Part shown: in pieces, positions 1 through 12,300 of the stretch
How the letters are laid out: the number at the start of each line of letters is the position of its first letter
Position numbering within the stretch: the stretch's first letter is position 1
Origin: Squalus acanthias
Lineage: Eukaryota
Direction: 5' to 3'
Assembly: GCA_030390025.1 (NCBI GenBank)
Contig: CM059429.1
Location: 34,162,001-34,226,000, forward strand
DNA length: 64,000 nt
Notes under the pieces: model-generated
Told to the model about the DNA's origin: nothing
The model's database searches: none
What the model saw: the letters and a program-made list of their open reading frames with translations, nothing else
Made by a program: the position numbers and the translations under genes

Positions 1-228
1 CTATTGGACAACATTGCTTTAGACTGCTGGGTAGTTTTCATATGCAACTGTCTGCTGAATAATTTTAACCACCTAAATCTCTCAATTTAGTATCTTGTAT
101 AAAATGACACAATCTTGAAGTTTTGACGCAAGACTAAATAACCCAGGCTGTATGTATAAATTGGGCATTGAAAATATTGAGATTGTGGATTTGCCCTATA
201 CCAATCAGCTGTCCTTTCCATTCAACAG

Positions 229-310
229 TCTGCAGGAAGCTTGGAGGGAGGTGGTGCCGTACAGGCTAATGGGGAAAATCCTCATCCAGTGCCAGTCGTC
301 ATCCGACCAG
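229..310 (+). CDS. EIF4G1: eIF4G1 exon ([27 protein letters not shown])
   Basis: ttcaacag acceptor, CAG|gtaagt donor; resembles human [21 protein letters not shown]; phase 1 matches next exon. Confidence 0.85.
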
Positions 311-3300
311 GTAAGTTGAAAAGGGTCAAGCAACTGTTCGGTGCAACATTTAAAGTAGATTGTGGCAACCATTTGTTTTCACACATTTAACCAAAAGAGG
401 TGGCGTATTTTCAATATGGATGAAAGATTACCAAACTGCGTAATTTTGGGTGGTAAGATTTGTTCTTGCAAACATTTTTCTAACTTGTAATTTTATTTAA
501 CTTTTGGCAATAATTCTAGGAACTATACTCCTAACTTATTTAGACTTGATATACACAAATGGGTATTGCTGTCATTTCATGTTGGGGGACACCTGGTGAT
601 ACTATTCCTTCCAAGAAATTATACCCTGGTCAGTCATGATCTCCCATTACCCTCCACATACCTCCAACCTTGAAGTGTGCCATGTCTCAGTCTGGGCTTA
701 TTTTACTGCCATTTAGTGATTTCTCTACAATTTTGATGCATTGGGAAGAGTTTACCATTGTTAATTTTGCAAGGTTCTTGTGCCATTTTTATCAATGTTA
801 TGTAGAACACTAGCTCACTGCAGCCAACTGTAGTTGGGTTGAGTCTACTTTGGCTATAGGACAGATACCAGTTCCTGTGCTTTTATAGTTGAGTGTCACA
901 GATGTTCCTAGTCACTGACTTGGCACAACACCTGTTGAATCTGTCTTCTCTGGTCGCATGACTTTTTGAAGTGCGAAGCCTGTTTGAAATTCAGCACAAA
1001 GGCTCAATGCCGCCAACTCATTTGCTGGAAGGCGATCCTGGCTACAGCAATGTCAAACCTCGATGCTTCTCAGCATAGAGACAAGTTGGCTGCAGAAGCT
1101 CTAAACAGTGGCTCTAAACAGTGGCTCAAATGGGAGTGGAGAAAGTGCCCAGGTTACTATGGCTCCATAACGTATATAATTAGACTCAAGCTACCTCAAC
1201 ACTGTTTTGGCGACTAGGTTAGGACTTGTGATTGTAGACCCACATCCATCCTGTAGTCCTCCATGTTGTTTCTCCATGATGCTCTGATAGTCACAGTTTT
1301 GCGTTACATAATCTTGAAGGTATTTAATGCTGCTGATATTAAGTATTCCTTTTTTTGTTTGTTTTAATAGATAAGCCAAAGTCTCCTGCAGCGGTAACTA
1401 AACCAGTAGAGGAACCGAACAAACCCGAGAAATCTATTACACCTGAAATTGTGGAAAGCAAATCTGAAATTAACACTAAACTAACAGACTCTGAGGAAGT
1501 GCTGCAAACTCCGGTCACTGAGCCAGATGACACTACAACCACTGTAGTCTCTTGTGACGTGGATGTGACTGTGACAGATTCTCTACCACCTGATCATAAT
1601 GATGAAATGAACCCTTTGGCAGAACCTGTTTCTTTGCCACCTGCAGCTACAGAAATGCAGAAAAGCGAAACAGAGGAGGTACAAGAGCTACAAAAAGAGG
1701 AGGAGGTGATTGCAGATGAATCTAGCTCAAAAGACTTGACAGTGGAAAGTAATGGTGTTATGCCAGTACAAGCAGATGAACCTAGTCAAGAATCTGAACC
1801 TCCACTTGAACCTCCACTTGAATCTCCACTTGAACCTCCACTTGAATCTCCACTTGAATCTCCACTTGAACCTCCACTTGAATCTCCTCTTGAACCTCCT
1901 CTTGAATCTCCTCTTGAACCTCCTCTTGAACCTCCACTTGAACCTCCACTTGAACCTCCTCTTGAACCTCCTCTTGAACCTCCTCTTGAACCTCCTCTTG
2001 AATCTCCTCTTGAACCTCCTCTTGAACCTCCTCTTGAATCTCCTCTTGAATCTCCTCTTGAACCTCTACTCGAACCTCTACTGGAAACTGTGATGGATTC
2101 ACCCATTGCACAACCTGAAGAACTGAAGTTGACTAATGGTTTGGAGCTTTCAACAGAGCAGGATTCAGAAGTTTCAGAAGCTCAGCAGGAATCTGACATC
2201 AGCCCAATTTCTGAACCTGAAGCAGCAAAAGTTGAAGAAAGTGCTGTAGTCTTAGTACCTTCTGAGGAGAAGGAGGAAGAGGACATTGTAGAAGTCCAAT
2301 CACAGGATGCCTCACCAACAACAGCTACTTTATCCCAGACTATTGACAATCCTATGCAAGGTATTAGTAATAGATGTTGGTTAACAGTTCAGGTACAGAG
2401 GTCATTGTAGTGACCAGTGTTGTACAGGTTTAGATATTGGAGTTGATGAACTACTGTGGGGTTTTTTCCTAGAATTCAACAGGTAAGTATAGCAGATAGC
2501 TTATTTTGAAAATTGATGGGAACAATTATGTAACATTTTATATCAAAATAACACTTTGCATTGCTTGATTGTGTATAATTTATATAATGGTCAGCTTTGA
2601 GGTTCTAATGTATAAGCCTACTAACACTTTGTGTTCAGTGCCTCTTAATTTTAATCCAAAATTTAGTGGATTTGTCGAAGTGGTTGTGCTGCTTGGTCAA
2701 CTAAATCTTATAATTTGTAATGTAAAGAAATGCTGATAAAGTCAAAATGAAAGCGGCCAAAACCGGTTTACTGTTTAATTTAAAATAGCTTTATAAAATT
2801 TCTCTAATGTAACATCGCTAAAAACGGTAATGAGGTTTGCAATTTTGACGGTGGATTGACTGAGATGATGGCACCTGCATGTCCTTCATCTGTGGACATG
2901 ATGAGCCCAATATAATAACTAGTCATTCTAGATGATTCTAGTGGGGAAAACTGATTTGGCTGGGTTAGTTTTAATATTTGAAAGACGCTTGTTTGGTATG
3001 TAAATGTATATTTCAAATGTACATAGTTTTTTTTGAACTTTTAAAAAAGGTTCTGTTTGGGTACAGTAATGGGAAGTGTAAAGAGTATTTTTTAAATTTG
3101 GAATGTGGCAAGGCTATATTTATTGCCCATGTCTAGTTGCCCCAAGATGGTGGTGGGACTTCTCCTTGAACCGCTGCAGTCTTTCTGGTGTGGTAGTAGG
3201 GAATACTAGGTTATTGACTCAACAATGATGAAGGGATGGTGGCCGACTGGGAGGTAATGGTGTTCTCACATTACCACTCTTGTCCTTCTCAGTGGTAGAG

Positions 3301-6300
3301 TTTGCAGGAGAGGGAGGTGCTCTTGAAGTAACCTTGATGCATCATTTAGATTATCTCACTGCATCCATCGTGCACTGGTGGTGGAAGGGGTGGATATTGG
3401 CCCGTATTTTCCGATCGCAGGCCTCCCGCGGGCGGAGGCCTGCGATCTGGAAAAATCTGCACCCTTACCTGAGGGCTCCCGGGACGTGCACAGTTCCGAT
3501 GCTGGGCCTCACCAAACTCCAAGAGCGCAGGGGTGCATGTAGTTCGCAGCGTCCCTGGGATCACGTGGGCCATGGGGAGCCAATCACAGAAGGGAATCTC
3601 CCTTCATACATTTGACAGGGAGACCTGTCAAATATATGAATGGAGATCAATGAAAAAACATAGTAAAACTCTTATTAAAAAAAAAAAAATTTAAGAAAGC
3701 ATCACATTTTTAAAATGAATTGAAATTACAATAAAGTATTTTAAACAAATTTAATTTTTTGAAAAAAATAAAGTATTTTACGGGGCTAAAAATAAACTTA
3801 CCTTTTTAAAAAAAAGTATTTTCAAATGATAAATCAGTGAAAAAATTTTTTAACTTTTTTCCTACTCTTATCCTGGTAAAAGCAGGCCGTACGCTTTTAC
3901 CAGGCGTAAGAATTGTAAGGGTTTTCTGCGAGCAGAGGGTCTCCAAAAAGCGGAACTATCCGCCCGCAGAGGCCCTCCTCCAGGGCAGCCGGAGGATCTG
4001 TCGAGGATTCTTGACAGATCGGAAATGCCGGTTTGCAGTGCATGCCTGAAACCGGCATTTCCGATGTCCCTACGGGTGGGTGCACAGCGCGTACCCACCC
4101 GTAGGGATCGGAATATCCGGCCCATTGAGTCCAGGGGCTCATTAAGTAAATTGCTCTGTCCTGGATGGTAATGATAAGCGTCTTCAGTGTTGTGGCTACT
4201 TTAGCAATGTAAACCTCATCTAAGATCATTCCTTGGTGCTTGAGGGGAAAGCACTGAGAGGTTGGTTTTTCTGACCATTTTTTTCTTTGGTTAGTAAGGC
4301 TGGAGAGCCGAAAATTGGAACCAAGGAATGACTTAGAAATAGATGCCATATTTTGGTTAAAATGATTGCCACCCTAAAGTCGGGAAAATCCAAAGTACAG
4401 TCTATAGGATTCAAGAAACTAAATTGATTTTGCAGTGTATGAAGTTGACACCCCTCCTCCCAAGTCAAGTTTTTATTTATCAGGACAGGACTGGTGTTTG
4501 AGATGTGGGGTGGAAGGGGGAGAGAAGGAAGAATACAAAAATAGAATCCCCTATGACAGTGACTCCGGTTTTAGTGGGCTGTGACTGAAATTGGTTGTTT
4601 TTCAGAGTACCAGCCTCATCAGTGGATGGTAAACTATTGATGCTGCACTTGGGTCATGCAAACTGATGACCTATAAAGCATACTGTTGACAATAAGTAAT
4701 GCTGTTGAATACAAGTTTCTGTACATTTTTGTTTGAAGTAAGCAAGTAATATAATCAGACTGCATTTTTCAGAATAAGAACATTGCTGTGGAATATTAGT
4801 TTCCTACTTAAATTCTGCTAATATAAAGTTAATTGGTTTCCTTAATTAGTTTCTAATGTAAACTAAACCAAAAGCTCTTAACGTGTAGTAAGCTGGGCTG
4901 AACCGTTGATGGGTAAACTTACAAACATTAGGAAGTATTTGGTATGAAAGAAAGACCGCACATACGCCTAAACAGAAACCCGACTTGTGCAGTTAAGCAA
5001 CCATCCTCAATACATGAGATGAGACAGTAACAAGCTTTAAAAAAAAGTCTTGCACAAATGCAAGGAAATGTGGAAATCCAGTGGACTGGGATAAAAAGCA
5101 ACAGAAGGATACAAAAGTAATGAGGTGCAAAAAGAAATATGAATTAAAAAAAAAAACCAGTACGGGGAACCTAAAAATAAGTTGAGGGGAGGAACTTACT
5201 GTATTTAATATGCAATAAACAAAAAAAAAAGGTAATGAAGAAAATTAGTGGGGCTTGTGATAAATCTCCAGGACCTGGTGGTTTTCACCACAGTGAAACA
5301 GGGCAAGCTTGCATCTTTTTTTAATTTTTTGTTTACAGGTTTAAAAAAATAGGTGGGGAAATTGCAAATGTTAGTCATAATTTTCCAAAGTGCTCTAAAT
5401 TTGGAAATTGTGCTTTTGGATGGGGAAAATTGCAAATGTCACTCCATTATTTAAGGAGGGAGGGAGAAACCAGGAAACTACAGGCTTGTTGGTTTAAGTT
5501 CAGTTGTGTGGAAGCTGCTGTTATCTATCGTCAGGGACAGAGTGACTGAGCACTTAGACAAGTATCAGCTGATCAGCATGGATTTGTGAAGGGTAGGTCA
5601 TATCTCACTAATCTAGTTGAATTTTTTGAGAAAGTCACTGACATTATGGATAGGAGAGTGTCTATGAATGTTGTCTATATGGACTTCCAGGAAAGATTTG
5701 ATAAGGTTCTGCACAAGAGACTATGAAAGCACATGGAGTTGGAGGTAACCTTATGACATGGATTGGTAATTGGTTGGGTAGTAGGGGTAAAGGGAACGTT
5801 CTCTGATGTGATGTCACGCATGGTGTTCTCCAGGGATCTGTGCTGGGGTCTCCGCTTTTTACCATTTATGTCAATGACTTGGTTGAATGAATGGAGAGTT
5901 GACATGAAGTTTGGCACAGTAAGTTGTGTGGATGGAAGCAGGAAGTTATAACGTGACATGGATTAAGTGAGTGGGCAGAACTGTAGCATATGAGGTTCAA
6001 TGTGGAGAAGTACGAGGTCTTCCATTTTGGATCGGCAAACGGTAAATTGGAATATTTACTTCATGACGATTGAGGAGCAAAGGAATTTAGATGTCCACAT
6101 ACACACATCACTAAAAGCTAGTGCAGAGGTACAAAAAGTGATCAAAAATGCGAATGAAATGTTGGCCTTAATGTCAAGGAGACTGGAATATAATGGGGAG
6201 AAAGTTATGCTTCAGTTGTATAGAGCTTTGGTCAGACCCCAAATAAAGATATGGGCATTGCACTTTAGAAAGGGTACATCAACCTTGGAAGAGGTACAGT

Positions 6301-9300
6301 GCAGATTCACCAGAATGATGCTGGGCATTTGAAGGTGAAATAGAGGACAGATTGCATTAACTTGGCTTGTATTCCCTTGAGTTTAGTAGCTTGAGGGATG
6401 AGTTAATTGAGGTGTTTAAAATGTATTTTGCTATCGTATATCTGTTTAAAATGATGATGGGTTCGATAGAGTAGATACTGCTAAACTATTTCCTCTGGAG
6501 GTGGAATCCAGAACAAGGGGGCACAATCTTAATTAGAGTTGGGCCATTCAGGGGTGAAATCATACAAAGGGTATTGGAAATTTGGAGCTCTCTTCCCCAA
6601 AAGGCTGTGGATGCTGGGTCAATTGAAATGTTCAAGACTGAGATTGATGGATTTTTGTTAGGCAAGGGTATGAAGGGATATGGATCAAAGGTGGGTAAAT
6701 GTAGTTGAGGTACAGATCTAATTGAATAGCAGAACAGGCTCGAGGGGCTGAATGGCCAACCCCTGTTCCTCTGTTTCTAAGCATATATGTGACATTTATT
6801 GATTCAATGTCACTTATGGTTAATTGCCACGTACGATTTTAAACAGTGGCATTACTTAGTTTTGAGATCCCAGTAAAAACTACAGGACTTCCTTACCTCC
6901 TTCAGTTTTTAGTTCCTCCTACAGTCTCTCCACCTTGGGTAATCACTTTATTTACCCGGTCTTCTCTTTTCAGCCTGCATATTTGGGTCTCCCTCACTGT
7001 GATTTCTAATTTTTTGTTTCTGTTCATACAACTTGTCATCTATTCTTGCATCATGGTTGCCATTCTCTGTGCCTGTGCGCTACTAACATTTACGGAGCAA
7101 TGCACGGAGGGAAACATCGTTATAATACCATTACTGTGGGGTGGTGTCTGGTTGGGAAACCCGTGCACATATACTTAAACATAGAACGCAGGTTACTGGT
7201 CTTCAACTAATGAAAATAGCTGGAGTGCTTGATTTTGCTCGACAGAAATTGTCAAGCAGATGTGCTAAATGTTATTCAAAGTTAGAACAGACTTTGCAGC
7301 AGCAATTGTAATAGTGCAAAACAAAAATGATGCAGTGCTGCATTTTGGCTGAAGTCTTCCTATGTCACTACTGTGGTGCACTGGCTTTATACTGTACATG
7401 ATATGGCACCAAAGGTGCAGTATAATGGCAGCACCGCTATCAATTTAAAAAATACCTATATGCATATATCATTTTCTTCCCCATTTGGTAGCTAAATTAT
7501 AATTTTAAGAAGCTCACAAAATTTACTTGTAATCTTGGCAACTTCATGAACAGAAGCTTAATTGTTCTAGTGTGGTTTGTTAACTTTCTGTTTACAGTAA
7601 GGTTAAGGCAATGGTCATGCTGATCCTTGATGGGCTTTACCTGTGCCAATTTATAGGACTGATCCTATTACTGGTGTGGGATAGTTTCTGAATGTTGTCA
7701 GTTCACTGTGAACATCTCCTTTTAGCTGCAGCTGTATCTGTGCCAAAGAAGAAGAGGAAGATGAAGGACTTGAACAAGAAAGAAGCAGTTGGAGATCTAC
7801 TAGATGCTTTCAAAGAGGTGCTAGTTTTACTTCATAAAGTAGTTAAGCACAAGTTAGAAATGCTAATTACAGTAAATGATTGGGTATGATATCTATTGGC
7901 AGAGCCATTTGGTCGTACCTATATTTTGTACATTTAAAAATTGCAATGAAGACCAAGATTCTGCATTTTTTTTTTTGCTGGAAGTGTGTTATTGAAGCTT
8001 TAGTCATTTTTTCATGGAAACTGATATTTGAGATAAGTTCAAGATTTAAAGCAAATGCTGATCTAAATGATCTTAAAAGATCTACAGATTAGTAACTGAG
8101 GTCTCAGCAACGCGGGCTAAGGACCATTTGCACCTTGCTTCCCTTTAACATAACCTGTGGCCCTCTAGTCTAGATGCTTTATGTGCCCCCTATCTCATTT
8201 CATAGCCTGTCGGGCAGTGGAATGCTGACCATGCTGGGATTTAGTTCTATTTCTCCTTCTTTCCTTGCATTTCAGTATGAGATTGCTTGATTCAGCAAGT
8301 GAAAAATACCCGTTGAAGTAGAGCTATTTATTGGAACTATTGTTCCATTTAGTGTGTTTTATATACTATGAGACAAGCATTTTTCCTAACAAAATCACTA
8401 AAAACCCCAAGTTATTTCCTTGGTGGTGAAGGTGAATTACTGTAGGAAGCCTTTTTCTGGGGCATATCTCACTTTGTTCTTTCCCATCAGCTAGGGAAAA
8501 AAAACACATTCCCAGTTATTTTAATTTTCCAGTTCCAGCAAACCGTTTCAAATTATTTCCCAACAAGTTTCTGGTTTGTATCCTGGAAGTTTATTTTTTG
8601 CAGTTTTAGTCTATAGTTTTTGCTATTCGTATTTTGGGAAGCAACCTTCTGTTGGCTGCCTTGATCTGATTGATAAGGTACCATCGCAGTACATGTATGT
8701 CACACATCCTTAAGTGGCACCTGGTTTCAATTACTGTAAAGAACAGCCAGCATCATGATAGCCAGCCTACTGCTTGGGGCATGTTTGTAGCAGGTACCAT
8801 GCTGCTGATCAAACGTTTGTTTTTGGCTACTTTTCTAATCATTAGTAATGTGTTCCACATGCGTGCTGCCAAATATTTAGAAGTCTCTTAAATTATGGTA
8901 ATAGTAATTCAGAATTATCTGAAACTGTAAATTAGGAATTGCATACTCAAAAAAATATTTTTCTGCAGTCTCAAGTAAAAGAACCTGCAGCCGAGACTGA
9001 CGCCCAGCCTGCTGCTGTATCTGTCGAAGTAAATGAAACAATTGCTCCCACCCGTGACGAGCCAGAGGAAACCTGGGAAGAGAAGGAGGATAAACAAGAC
9101 GTAGAGAACATCAAGCCAGATGGAATTAAATTGTTAGATCAGAAATATCAATACAAAGAAGGTGAGCCTAGCAGCAGTTTGTTTAAAAAAAAAAAAAAAA
9201 ATCTGAAACTAAAACCATGTGAATCACAGAAACTTATGGGTTTGTGACCTAATCTTGGAGAGGAGAGTGGGAGCGAAGACATTTTTTTTAGATGTTAAAA

Positions 9301-12300
9301 AGTAATTATAAAACGGGCAGAACTTTTTTCCAGCAGTTACATAATGGAATGGCAAAGCATCTGAAGAGAAATCTTTTCAGTTATCAAAGACTTGGAGCCC
9401 AGAAAGTATTGGGCCGTTTTAATTGTACTGTGTAATTAACCACATCTTTTTCACTGGTTCCCTACCCAAGTTGTGTATGCAGCATAATTTGATTATGAAT
9501 TATAATGTGTTTCTAATACAAGTCAAACTGCCGTAACTTGTCTTTCATGCATATAATTTGGTCATTTGCCACTAGGTGGGGATAAACTGATGTAGATCTA
9601 GATGTTTAGCCCAACACTTGTTAAAAATGTTGCAAGTACTTCTGATAGTGTTCTGTTTAGTTTTGTTTCAGTTCTTTGTATTGAATATTCTGAGCCAAAA
9701 ACATTGTATTTCTAATTTATTTAAACTCCATGTACAAATAGGAAATAATTTATTTTCGTTTTGGTGGGGGTGTGGGCTGGAATATATGAGAGGAGAGAAA
9801 CTCCTATGATGGCTATGAATGTCCTGGGCAGATTATCATGTATTCTGATACCATTGGTTCATTCTCTACTATTGTCATCCTGTTTCCTATGTAAGAAAAG
9901 TTTGAGCATTTTAATGCTGCTTACTACCAGGTTTATTTTTTTGTCTTGTAGGACAGTTTATTTTGAAGTTCATCAAGTTTTTGGTTTTATAGTTTTAAAA
10001 TCTTGCAGTTTTCTACCAGCACCATTTTGACTTATTGTCTTTACCCGTCAGAGTAAGTCCGCGCTCTTAGTCATGTTGTCATCTGTCACCTGCCATTGTT
10101 GAGAGTGGTTGTTGGAGAACAAATAAATGTGGCTCGATGATGATGCTCCATGGCCCAGATTGTCTTGACCTCACTTGAATTTGGATGCGAGTAATGTAAG
10201 CCGTTTGAAGTTATGCACTGCAAGGAATTTTAAGTTCCTCTGTCCTTCAAGACAGTTATTTACCCTTTTCTCTAAAGTGAGGTTTGTGCTTATGGTGGAT
10301 CCACTTGATTCTGGTGGGTACGTAGTAAGGCCGTGGACAATCTCCATCCTGTTCTCATGCCATTCAGTTCTGAACGTGACACTTATGTTTTACTCACCAC
10401 CATAAAGGAATTTATGTTTTACTCACCACCATAAAGGAATTTATATAGTTAACATGCATATCACTGGTCTAACAGTTTGAGCTTTTTCGGGACAAGACTA
10501 GGTAAACTCATTATGATCACCAAAGGTCCTGAGGATGAAAGTACAATTTTCTAATCTGTTATACACTACCCTATGTTTGAGGATCCTCCATTTAATTTTA
10601 TTTCCCAGTTTCCCTAAAACACGAGTAAAAATTCTTGAGTAATTCCATATAATAAAAAACAGAATTTGGCCGTAAACTGATGAATTTGAAGTAATCTGGC
10701 CCCAAAACACTAAATTAATTTAAAAATCCCAGAATCCTATGTAATAATGGAGCATAAAACTGGCCAGCCCATTATGAAACAGCGATTGCTCTCTGGCAGG
10801 GCAAGACCTACCCGGGATCTCACTAAATGAGGGGTGTGGTTATTTCTTGGGTCAGTGTGGTACTAGTTTGGTGTATTTTCTATTTTACATGGAGGTTAAA
10901 TGAATGTTGCATTAGCTATTACAGCTGTGGTATGCCCCCTCCTTTTGATAGAAGTTTGGCCTCCATGTACAAAGCTCCTTTCTAGCCACCCCAGGTTCTA
11001 GTTCTGATCTGGTGAGGCTTGCAGATGGTTTTGTTGCTTTGGAACTCAGTTCTGACATAAGCAGGTACCGTGGTCTAGGACCTTACAGCAACCTGCAGAT
11101 TGTGACTTGACTTTTGCGGGGTGGGATGAATTTCTTTGTTCTGGGTGATTTTTCTCTCATGATAATTCCCAAATGTGTATGGAGGTTGTACAATCTTTAA
11201 GGAAGTTGATGACTATACTAATGAAGATACGTAACATTACTATGTAGTGGTATGAAGCTGAAACGTATATAAAATTTAAATTTAACGATTCTAATTTGCT
11301 CCCATTAGAAAATTGGAAACCGCTTAATCCTGAGGACAAGAAGAAGTATGACCGTGAATTTCTCTTGGGGTTCCAGTTCATCTTTGCTAGCATGCAGAAA
11401 CCTGAAGGCCTACCAATAATTAGTGACGTTGTGTTGGATAAGGTATGCGGTGCACTTGTTAATCAGGTAGTAGTTTTAATAGTAAGCATTTTACAATAGC
11501 AAACTGAAGCAATGTTTAATAAAAAAAAAAATTCCATTGCTTTTGATTCACTTAAATTTACATTGCTAAAATAGACTTATTTTTAATTCATAGTATCTGG
11601 GCCTAGATGGCATTTGTTGTCTTGCTCCAGAGCAATGCAATGTGAGTAAATATTTTGAGTTAATGGATGAACAGGAGAAAACCACAGAATTTGAGTTTAA
11701 AATCTATCTACTTCCATTTATGGGTACAGATAAATCTGTTGTCTAGTTGGTGATAAGTATACCAATTATGATCCTTTTGGATTTTTATGCACAGCCACTT
11801 CAGTTGAAATGACCATTAAAGCTTCATTCTTAATGACTCCGTTGCTTTCTATCCTATTGTGAAAAGCAGTTATGCTTTACCTCAAAAGAGCCTTTGTATG
11901 TATATATTTGCACTTGTTGTTGAGTCCCAAAGCCAATAACTCCTAAATTCTTTTTGAGGCAAATTTATTGAGTTTTATTTCTGTTGGCTGGAGCACAGCT
12001 GCAGGCAGAATTTCTCCAGTCAAGTAGTGTTTAGATCTATCCCGATCAGTAATACTGGCACCCATTTTCAAGCTCTTCCCAGTGATGCGCAACACATGCC
12101 AGCATTGTCTCCAGGTATCAGCATTTGTAGAAGCGTGGAATGTGCTCCCCACTCAGCCAAAAGTCTGTTTGGACTATTGCTCAAAAGCAATCTTGGTAAA
12201 GACCCCTTTAGCCTTGATACAGAGATACTGAGTTATGCTTTCTTTAAGAAACGCACTTTCAAGCCAGAAAGAAAATGAAGAATAGGTAAGGACTATGCCC

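Noticed and set aside
1752-2111. Overlapping ORFs in other frames (LNLH, VEVQ, GGSR/RGDS repeats)
   Set aside because: By-products of a 12-bp repeat lacking stops in several frames; only the EPPL frame splices into eIF4G1.
10383-10444. 29-bp tandem duplication (also a 17-bp duplication at ~34088-34124)
   Set aside because: Two adjacent copies without spacers: local slippage, not CRISPR-like.
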